62,604 nt of DNA from Dicyema japonicum. Lineage: Eukaryota; Animalia; Dicyemida. A program made the translations under genes and the position numbers. The notes beneath the pieces are model-generated. The model saw only the letters and a program-made list of their open reading frames with translations, made no database searches and was not told the origin of the DNA. Positions 1 through 9,348 of this stretch are shown here, piece after piece (positions within the stretch are counted from its first letter, which is position 1; each line of letters begins with the position of its first letter). Location: the NCBI GenBank assembly GCA_011109175.1, contig RDEW01000016.1, positions 737,592-800,195 on the forward strand. Direction: 5' to 3'.

Positions 1-295
1 ACGTTCACAATGGAAATTAGTTCCCTGGACTTCCCTTTGGGTCCAATAAGAAATTGAATAACACATATCCTGTCATCAATTTTCCAATATCGATGTAATC
101 TGGGGAGCAAATTCTTGTGAACAGCGAAACCCTGTCCATAGTGTTTACAGTACGATGGAAGGAGGATTAGTCTGTAGTCTCCAAGGTTTTCATCGAGTCC
201 TTTTCTGAGCTTCGTCTCTTGGAGACAGCAAACAGAGCATCCATATTTTGCAAGGTCCAGACATAGTTGGTGCCTCTTCGACCAGTCATTAAGGC
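1..295 (-). mobile_element. RTE-clade LINE, AP-endonuclease N-terminal fragment (runs off the window)
   Basis: The minus strand reads open as CSVCCLQETKLRKGLDENLGDYRLILLPSYCKHYGQGFAVHKNLLPRLHRYWKIDDRICVIQFLIG. The CLQETK motif and overall pattern match the RTE APE at 26435-27035. Confidence 0.8.
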
Positions 296-369
296 CCCTG
301 GCATTGAAGGTAAGGGTAGAAAACCAGAAAGGATTATTCAAATACGTATTAGACATATGTGCTATAGAG

Positions 370-770
370 GGACGTCACCACCTCAACCAAGAAACTGATT
401 ATGGACTAATAATTTTGAACGTACTTGAAGCACGGTGGCGCCCTTTTGGACATTTTCTACGGATGGGTGAACAGACATCATGCAATGCCGCCATGGAAGA
501 ATTTTTTGACTATACTTTATCCCCTCCATTCAGAGGACGTCCAAGAAGTTGTCTTCCAATGACACTTGCGAAGGATTACGCAGTGCTTGAGGACCGACTG
601 ATGGATGCAGACGATCTGGACGAAATCAGGAAACGAGCACGACAGCGAAAAGGATGGAGAAGACTAACGGAAAGGATAATCGAAAAACATGGCTCAAGCG
701 AAACCATAAACAGTGTTTACTGGTAACGCTTTAACTAACTAACTATTAAGAGAAAAAAAGAAACTCTATC
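370..770 (+). mobile_element. RTE-clade LINE 3' end
   Basis: ORF 304..726 contains ARWRPFGHFLRM...RGRPR...W, the typical RTE ORF2 C-terminus, followed by a TAAC-repeat/A-rich tail. Confidence 0.8.
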
Positions 771-1049
771 CTGCGGAACATAAAGAAAAGAGTACGCTTG
801 TTACACCGACAACCCTTCCACTGACCATACACAAAGACCTAAAATTGTCAAAATGAGACTTGTAAATACATGATGACTTAGACGACCCCCAGAAAATCGA
901 AATCTCAAGAGGTGCATGTTTTTTTCTGACTGTAATTGATTATCAGGTGTGATTAACTTCCAAATGTGCATAATAATCTTGCATTCATGTGGTTCGCGTA
1001 AGATGAGAATGTAAAGTATTAGTCGTATATTACTCACAGGATTTTAGGT

Positions 1050-2380
1050 GTTTTTGAGATATAAAAAACTTGGAAGATTTTCAGTCCCGGTTTTATGTAT
1101 AGCTGACGTCGGTCGGAAGTGGAAACTATGACTTTGGACTTGGAGGGGGAGAGGTTGTTGGTTAATAACCAAGACTCTAGAGAATCCAAGTATGTTGAGG
1201 CGCGCGTAAGTAATATTTTTATCCCGAGCCGCGAGAACTAGTTATCTAATAGCTCGAGTATTCTACTCAGATTGAGATTGAACAAAGCCGAAGAGAGGAC
1301 AGAGCCTTGTGGGACTCCGTTTAGGAGATAATGGTACTAAATTTCTTGACATAGTAAATGTACGTCCCAGTTTGCAAGAGAGAAATTATTTCACGTATCA
1401 TGGAGGGATAATCGATGCGGTTATCTTGCTGCAAACAAAATGCCGACAGGTCCTTTCAAAAGCCTTCTGGAAATCAATTGAGCATACAATCGTCTTTTTC
1501 TGTCCTGGTCTGTTGTTAAGGCCATGTGTTATGAACTTCTTTAAAGTATTTAGGTATGTGATAGTTGATCGTCCCTCTTTAAAACCATGCTGAAAACTGG
1601 CATCCGGGAGGGAATGTCGTGTGAGTGTCATAATCATCTTTCCTAGGATTCTTGTCTGGACGCACAAGAGCGACAAAGGCCTGTAAGAAGCAGGGTCCTC
1701 CCTTGGTTTCCCAGGCTTCAGTATTGGATGAATATTCAAAAGTTTCCATATAGCGTGAATACAGTTGAAGTTGATTGAGTAGTTGAAGATGCATGTTAGT
1801 GCTGATACTCCCACTGTGCCCATCTTTTTCAACAGAATAACCGGGATCCCGTCCGGTCCACAGGAATGTGTGTTCTTTGTTCGATAGATCTCCAAAGCGA
1901 CATCTCCCAGTAGAAAATACATTGTTGGATGCCTTTTTTTCGGTTTTGGTTTTTTGTGTGGAGGAATATCCATCCTTTGGAATGATTTGTGGCTTATTCT
2001 CACACAATGTTTGATAAATTTACTCAGATCCAAACGACATCTCCCAGTAGAAAATACATTGTTGGATGCCTTTTTTTCGGTTTTGGTTATTTGTGTGGAG
2101 GAATATCCATCCTTTGGAATGATTTGTGGCTTATTCTCACACAATGTTTGATAAATTTACTCAGATCCATCTCCTGTTCACGGTCTCCAACGATTTTGTT
2201 TTCAGCGTTTTTGACATTTCGCAGCATCTTCCACATTTTGGTAAATGAACTATTTTTCAATAGCACTAGAAATTCGACCCAGTTTTGTTTTTTTTGGAAG
2301 TTTTGTCTTTTCGTTGATATCCTGTTCAATTCCTTGTTCTATTTGGACCACAATCCGCGCTTGTAATTGATGAAGGTCTT
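1050..2380 (-). mobile_element. Ingi/Vingi-like (I group) LINE RT fragment, frameshifted
   Basis: Motifs GPDGIP, KPGKPREDPASYRPLSLL, QHGFKEGRST, SIDFQKAF (ORF 1398..2144) and GVPQGSVLS near 1300. Confidence 0.85.
1898..2168. repeat. Tandem duplication, period 137 bp
   Basis: CGACATCTCCCAGTAGAAAATACATTG...TACTCAGATCC starts at 1898 and again at 2035, nearly identical. Confidence 0.95.
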
Positions 2381-2499
2381 TTTAGGGATTCTACGTTATT
2401 AATTTTTTTATATTACTATTGTTATTAAAATACGTTTAGTTATCTTTTATGGTTCCACGGACATTGCTATTAATAATAATATGTTAAAAGTTACGGTGC

Positions 2500-2712
2500 T
2501 AGAATGACCATGCTGTTTCATTACGAGAACCCCCAAGAGGTGGGGAGAAGTTATTGGCTCTTTCGTTTTCCAGAATGGGTGATACCTTATTGGGTGAGCC
2601 ACAAGACACCACGTTAACCATATGTTTAATTTTCTAACTAGGGATCACTTAACTAGTTGACTTTACTTTGTTTTTCTTTCTCAGTGATCCCTGGGTTAAT
2701 AAATAAAATAAA
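2500..2712 (+). mobile_element. LINE 3' end with terminal hairpin and TAAA tail
   Basis: GGGATCAC (2641-2648) pairs with GTGATCCC (2684-2691), followed by TGGGTTAATAAATAAAA. Confidence 0.75.
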
Positions 2713-2839
2713 ATGCTGTTTCCTCTGACGATAACTATCGAGATACACTCTCAAAGCCATTCAGTCTCATGTAAATCATTGTTAACCCTTTGGATCATTG
2801 AGCCGATCCGACGGACTAGATCGTCAGCTAGTCCTGACG

Positions 2840-3510
2840 TTTTGACAGAAAATTGGATAAAAAATGATCCTCTGTAATGATTTAGTACTTCCTTATCTTC
2901 TGATCCTCGGCTTGCTTAGGAGCATACCTGGATCCGAGATTGAAGCGGCCAAATTTTTCTCAACATACGTATTGTCCCAAACCAGGTTCAGATTATTAAC
3001 AAAAGGGAATGTTATCATCCCATCGGGGCGTTTTCCATTCTCTCGGTTGAGACCAGTCGGCTCCAAAATGTAGTGGTGGCAAGAAGATGAAAGTGCGTTT
3101 TTCAACGTCAAGTTGAGACAGGCATGGAATTTTTTGACATCCAATAATATCTGGTTGTGGTCAGAAGGAAGGTCATAACTGAAAAGGAAGTTTTGAGAAT
3201 GATCTTCAGGGTGCAAATGGAGATATTGTGGGAGGTGTTAGATTTGCCAGGTCGTAAAGCTGTACATCTGTGCTGGAGAGGGGCGACACCAAGAAGATTT
3301 CTGGCATTAAAATCCCCCACACGATTATGTTCTTCAAGGACGAGATCCAAGAAAGGTCAGATTGGTATCCTTTTTAACAACTGGGAGATGGGAGAATATA
3401 TGATTGTGTATACCACGTTGTTGATTGTCAAGATGATCTCTAAGTTGGTGTGTTGATTGTGTTAGTGAGTGGATACTGCCGCGATGATTTTAGCTGGCGT
3501 ATCTCGCTTC
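2840..3510 (-). mobile_element. CRE-clade non-LTR retrotransposon, RLE endonuclease fragment
   Basis: EPTGLNRENGKRPDGMITFPF...LVWDNT (ORF 2893..3216), homologous to the RLE domains at 21319..21783 and 24900-25300. Confidence 0.85.
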
Positions 3511-3634
3511 ATTCCTAGAATTTGACAAATAGTTTCCAACGAGTCCTCATGATCAGGATGCTCAGAGGTTCAGAGGAGCATCTTTTGTACAATGCTTCAC
3601 TCTTTACACGCATTAGCCATCCACATAGAAAATT

Positions 3635-4200
3635 TAATTTATTAACCCCGAGATCACAGGAGAATAAGAGTTATCATATGATTAATTGATCCTGGTGTCC
3701 ATACCAGTCCTTTTCCTTCGGTTAATTTTTGAGTCCTGAATTAATCTCCACAGCGAGGAAGGTTTCTTCTCGTATCTCGGGCAGGCATCCATATATAGTT
3801 TGACGTTCGGTCCGAAAGGGTGGTCAGGGTACTTCCTGAGGATGTCCCGGTGGTGTTCCGTAAGGTATTACATGATTAGTTTTCTCTGTAGTAACAAAGT
3901 GGACGTCTTTTTCGACGATCTCAATAATATTATGAGACATCGGTTTTGTAACACTTGTAGTTAGCTCTGTGCAGTTAGTGATAACTGAAAAATCTATCCA
4001 CTCGATACTCGGTAGAACAAATTGTTTGCATGGAAGCTCTAATGATATGCGGGAAGATACTGGGGAGTACGTAAAAGCCGTGGGAATTCCAATTTTTTTT
4101 GAATCTTCTCGGTTACCTGGTCTCTTGATGAGTGAATGAAAGGAGAGGATCCAGGATGACTCCAATGATTGAATGATTCTTCTTCGTTGCATTTTAGTCG
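3635..4200 (-). mobile_element. Decayed LINE fragment ending in the shared 3' hairpin
   Basis: On the minus strand GGATCA...TGATCT is followed by CGGGGTTAATAAATT at 3635-3692. The upstream ORF 3824..4192 is unassigned. Confidence 0.5.
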
Positions 4201-4219
4201 CATGGCTCCATGTGGCTAA

Positions 4220-4512
4220 TTGGTTGAAGTTTTCTGTTTGTTTGTCTTTTCCTCCTCTCTCTTCCTATTAGAGTGACACCATGTGATCCACCTGTCTAGG
4301 TGGCGCCCAGTGTCTGGCTGGTACGAATAAGGATCATTTGCTCTCCCCCACTCCACTGGATGGGTTTCCACAACTGCAAATATAAACGTCTTTTACCTTT
4401 ATGCTGATTCCGGATGGACTCTGTTTCTGTAGAAGTGGAAACTGGATACACTTAATTAGTTGTTTACTTTAACTACTTTCTCGGTGTATCTGGGGTTAAT
4501 AAATTAAATTAA
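4220..4512 (+). mobile_element. Short (~290 bp) non-autonomous retroelement: leader + pseudoknot + LINE-type 3' hairpin
   Basis: The segment 4220-4381 is shared with 50686-50845 (minus strand). The element ends in GGATACAC/GTGTATCT followed by GGGGTTAATAAATT. Confidence 0.6.
4275..4337 (+). ncRNA. Candidate HDV-like ribozyme fold
   Basis: P2 GTGATCC (4283-4289) with GGATCAT (4331-4337); P3 ACC/GGT; L3 TGTCTA; P1' GGCGCC with an imperfect P1 (GACACC); short P4; J4/2 CGAATAA resembles the HDV CGAAU segment. Confidence 0.45.
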
Positions 4513-4519
4513 GGGTCTT

Positions 4520-4960
4520 CTTAATGGGGCTTGGGGAATCATACAATTTTATTTATGGCGTTGCCCTTATTTTTTTTCGTGATGAGGTAAACGTCGTTAC
4601 ATGTGACTTTCCTGGTGATATATTTAGACGGTTCTTTAAGAACAAAAGACCCAACAGGTTTAATATCTCTTGCACAGTCGCCTCCTCGACTCTTCGATGT
4701 TTGACTGCAATCACTAGATCATCCGCATACGATAAAAGAATTGAGTTTTTGCTGGTTGGGGATTGGAAATCACTGAGGAATATGTTGAATAGCATTGTTG
4801 ACATCGGTGATTTTTTGGAAGGTATCTCGGTTTTGATATTTGGTTGTTTGCCATCACTTGAGCCATTAGACCGTTGATGAAATTAGCCAACCATGACTCG
4901 AATTTAAGGTGAATCGACGTCATAAAAATTTTGCTGTTCGGCCTTCGCGGAAGGACACAG
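4520..4960 (-). mobile_element. Ingi/Vingi-like LINE RT fragment
   Basis: LFNIFLSDF...ILLSYADDLVIA (ORF 4553..4804). Confidence 0.85.
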
Positions 4961-4969
4961 GTGCTAACA

Positions 4970-5283
4970 CATAATATAATAACAGCCTTTTGATGAGAGC
5001 CATAATATTTATAGCTCCGCATAGGCTGGACACAAACTTTATTTTAAGTAAAGAACAGTTAATTTTAACTAATCGTAAAACCAAGGAATGATTTTCTTTT
5101 TCTTGTGTGTGGGTTTTTTCTAGACAATCCAGTTATGCAGTGAGTATCCACTGATGACAGCGTCACTCGTCAAACCCTTTTAGCACCGTAGATGCGTGGA
5201 ACCTTCCACCAGGTGAACAGCAGCGAGAATCGAACTCGTAACCTAAGTCACTTTAGCCCGACACTTAACCACTCGGCTTATAA
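4970..5283 (-). mobile_element. tRNA-derived SINE, copy 1
   Basis: Minus strand has an A box AGCCGAGTGGTTAAG and B box GAGTTCGATTC, then the core ACGAGTGACGCTGTCATCAGTGG, TACGATTAGTTAAAATTAACTGTTCTTTACTTAA and a TTA tail. Homologous to the copies at 7136, 44820 and 56725. Confidence 0.85.
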
Positions 5284-5381
5284 TAGGAATCTTAGGGAAA
5301 ACTGAGAAAAATACGTTATTTATATAAACAAAAAATAATAATACAATTATGAAAATAAATAATAATTAATAAAGTTGTTGC

Positions 5382-5713
5382 ATGTTTGGTGTTAGTGAAA
5401 GAAATTTATTTGAGCTGTAATGTGAATAATATTATATAGACATACACGTGAAGAAATTGATTATCCAATAAACTTCAATTTATACAACCCTCTGAGGGAG
5501 CCAATGGAATTTGAGAGGAACCTAATTATATCTGTATAATGTCTCATAATATAGCCTCTTCGACTACCCATCATGAAAAGCTCTAACTTGGCCCTATCTA
5601 TTCTTGACGGAAGTATTGATGATGTTGATGTTCTACATCATAAAGTGTCTGACCACTTCACAGAAGATCAGATAGATAAATTTTGTTCACGTGGACTTAA
5701 TTACTTTTCCTAA
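5382..5713 (+). CDS. Proteasome maturation factor POMP/UMP1-like (one frame break as assembled)
   Basis: The spliced 3' part reads YNPLREPMEFERNLIIS|PLRLPIMKSSNLALSILDGSIDD, resembling the POMP motif PL...E......RLP.L.SSNL.L..L.G. Introns of 23 and 21 nt. The ATG exon is out of frame with the conserved part. Confidence 0.55.
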
Positions 5714-5750
5714 TTGACATTAATTCAAAGTTTTGTTTGTTTTATTAAAC

Positions 5751-7059
5751 TTAATAATCATATTCAGGAACAGGGAATCTCAAAATAGCACACACACCAG
5801 TCATCATTGCAATCTCTATAGCATAAACACACGTAATACGATTTCCAACAAAATGTTGACTAGAAAATACTTTAACCTTACCATTCCCTCTAATGATGTC
5901 TTCAACAAGATCCCTATATGTCTTTCTAACATGTACATCCTCGTCCATTAATAACATATCAACAATCAGTAATGTATCCACGGCTATTAACTCACTTGCC
6001 TTGAACACGTGTTTGGGTCTAGTTAAATAATGTAGTAAACCCATAAATTGCCCTATCGGAGTCATTGCCCAACAATTTCATGAATCGATTAAACTCAGAA
6101 ATGTCCTGTAAAACTTGAACATTCTCAAGTTTGGAGACAACTGAGGGATCCTGAAGGATTTCTACAATAACAAAAACACAAACGTTGTAGTGAATGTTTA
6201 AATCCAGTTGACGAATGAGCCAACAAAAATTTATGTCTATTTTCAATGATTACTTTATTTTCAGATAGTATTTTGTCAGATATAATATATTTAAAGAAAT
6301 TATCCTCTAATAATCACTAAGATTACTTTATAGAAGCCAGGAGAGGCAATGATGACACACTTTATTACTACTATTAGTATTATGGATACCATCAAAGTTA
6401 GCATATTTTAGAATAGAATTCAATAATTGATTATGAAATTTGTCCATTTGCTTTTATTATGAGATTAATAAACCTTATTATAGTCGTTCATAAAATTAGG
6501 ACGTTTTCTGGGAATATTTATGTGTATTTTATCCCTTTCAATGGTCATTGAGTGGGTTATTAGACATACATAAGCGAGTCCTTCCTGCATTACAACAGCC
6601 ATGAGTTCAGAATTTGTCTCAGGACATAGTGATTTGGCTAAATATAAGTAAATATATCACAAAGTCTTTCAAGACAGTATGAGTCCCAGTCACTCTTTCC
6701 AAGGCAGACCTGTCTGTCCAAACCAATGTCCAAAGTATGATAGGCACCAACTTTGACATATTTATTCTCACAAATAGTTTTTCCTTGAACGTGAATTACA
6801 TCTTCTTTTAAGTCAACTTCAATCTTTTCAGATCGAATTGTAAGGTTTGTTTTCACTTTGCAAGTACTAATAGTTCCTGCAGCATTCTCAGTGATAACCT
6901 TTCTGAGTGCATCACAACATATAATATCCCCAACAGTGAGAATATAGTAAATAGTCCAAATATCTTCACTATTATCGGGAATTAACTTTATATATCTTTA
7001 TTACTTAATATATCTTACCCTTCCTCGGATATTTTTGGTAGTGAACCTATGAGCTTCAT
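5751..7059 (-). CDS. PELO: Pelota/Dom34 ribosome rescue factor, multi-intron
   Basis: Spliced N-terminus MKLIGSLPKISEEG|YIKLIPDNSEDIWTIYYILTVGD; KYVKVGAYHTLDI; C-terminus VKVFSSQH...MTGVCAILRFP. The first intron is 6996-7018 (23 nt). Confidence 0.95.
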
Positions 7060-7135
7060 ACCACTATAACTATATTTTTATTAATAATAAATTAAATATT
7101 ATGGCGGCAAATAAATAAATAATAATAATGGGCCT

Positions 7136-7464
7136 AACCGGGTGGCAGAGTGGTTAGGTGTCGGGCTAAGTAAAGTGGCTTATGTCACGGGTTCGATTCT
7201 CGCTGCTGTTCACCTGGTGGAAGGTACGATGAGGAAAGGCCTGACGAGTGACGCCGTCATCAGTGGAGATTCACTGTGGAACTGGATAGTCAAAAGGACA
7301 TACACACAAGAAAAAGAAGTGAAGAGCATTTCTTGGTTCTCCCTCTACGATTAGTTATAATAACTGTTCTTTACTTAAATAAAGTGTGTGTTCTGCACGA
7401 GCGAAACCTTAGGCATCTTACGTGCTTATGGCACCGCGGTAGTACTCAATTATTATATATTTAT
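7136..7464 (+). mobile_element. tRNA-derived SINE, copy 2, with 10-bp TSD
   Basis: A box GGTGGCAGAGTGG, B box GGGTTCGATTC and the shared core. TAATGGGCCT flanks it at 7126-7135 and 7465-7474. Confidence 0.9.
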
Positions 7465-9348
7465 TAATGGGCCTTACTAAGTGATTGACGTTGTTACCCT
7501 TATTCTATTTGGCTTTATGATGGCTGAAAACCCTTATATTTTTTCTATTGATGGGATAATATAGTCAGGAATAAACTCAATCCAGAGAAAGTTAATGTCA
7601 ACCAATTGTAAGATTGCGATTTCTCGTTAGCTATCCAGATCGTATTATTATGCAATTTAACATGTTTTAGATCGATTTTCATTATTGATGGATAGGTTGT
7701 TCGTGGCAGAATGACATGATTCATCCGTAATATGTCTCCAAATACTCCATGAGCATGATTATGAGCAATCCTGTTAATATATGTCCAACCTAAAAGATCA
7801 TCATTTTGAGACATTTCTCATATAATTTTGGTATAACCCATTTTATAATTAAATTTGATTATATCTTCCGTTCCCCAAAAGGGAACCGAGTTTTTAAGAC
7901 ATTCTCAATCTTTCGTTTCTATTTAACTCAATCCATTTGATTACGATGTGTTACAAGAAAAAAATGCTATAAAATGTGGCGTCACGCGGTTCACCTGTTG
8001 TTGTGGTGGCGCTCAGTGCAAGTTCTGCATGGAAGAGAACCGTTCGACTTTCCCTACCTTTCTGCGATCTTCAGAAGGGTGGTCTACCAACTCCTCCGTT
8101 TTCTCTTTACTACTTCTGTCTGGTGATATAGAACCTAATCCGGGATCCAACTGCACGTTGACTATTCTACAACTAAACGTAAATGGAATCCGCAATAAAG
8201 TATTAGAATTACAATCCATCTTATCCCACTTGAAAGTTGATATTGCCCTCACTCAAAAATCGAAGCTCTCTATAAAGTCCCCAACACCTTGTTTTTTTGG
8301 ATATTGTGTACTTTGCAGGGACCGAACAAGAAGTCTCGGAGGAGGATTATTGACAATCGTTTAGGATGGACGGGCCATACTATTAAGACTGTACAACGAC
8401 TCTATCAACTACCATACGCTACCTAATATATGGAAAAACACCCTGATTACGCCAATTCTAAAGCCTAGGAAACCAAAATACGTTCCCTCTTCTTACAGCC
8501 CCATCTCAATAACTTGTGTTTTATCAAAAGTACTGGAAAAACTTGTATTAATGCGCATCTCTCCCGTTCTACATCTACCAGAGTTTCAACATGGTTTCAG
8601 AGTAGTCCGTTCTATAATACTCATTTGGGTTCTATCTCCCATTTTATTACTGATTGTTTCAACATGAGGAAACACTTACGGACGTATCCATCGATATACA
8701 GAAGGCCTTTGATTCTGTTCCGAGGAAACTCCTAACGCAAAAGATTTTTAATTTTAACTTACATCCGAACATCAAGCTATGGCTGGAAAATTTCTTAACT
8801 GGGCGACGCGGACGGGTCCTGATTGACAAAACTACTTCCAAATCAAGACTACTTCCCAATGGGGTCCGGCAAGACTCCCCTCTGTTTCCTCTCTTATTTA
8901 ACTTATTTCTACACGATTTACCTACTACCAATGATCAGGACACCATGTTTTTATCTTATGCAGACGACTTGATTATCGCTGTAAGGGACAATTCTCCCTC
9001 CAGGGCTGTGGCGGTGGTTCAGTCACACCTCAACCAGGTCTGTGACTGGCTATCCATGAATTTGCTGTCTGTGTCTGCATCCAAGTCTCAGTTCACGCTA
9101 TTTACTACGGACATAAGATTTAAAGAGATATATCTTGGAAACATTCCCATCCATTATACACGAATCCAGAAGATCCTTGGAGTAACTTTCGACTCTCTGA
9201 TGACGTTTGCCAGTCACACGGAGGAGGTGTTAACCAAAGGTTTTCGAAAATGGAACTTCCTTAAAACCATCGTAAAGAAGAGCCCCTTCCATCCTACTGC
9301 TTGTGTCAGCAAAGTATACCTCCAAGTTATTGCGCCGACGATTGAATA

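Noticed and set aside
7136-7215. tRNA gene calls at SINE heads
   Set aside because: A/B boxes are present, but there is no convincing acceptor stem or anticodon arm, and each head is fused to the SINE body.
7229-7300. CTGACGA followed by a hairpin in the SINE, resembling a hammerhead core
   Set aside because: No GAAA after stem II and no stem I/III closure; the other copies read TTGACGA, CTAACGA and TTTACGA.
7545-7814. 89-aa minus-strand ORF as a host gene
   Set aside because: No recognisable motif and no consistent spliced model.
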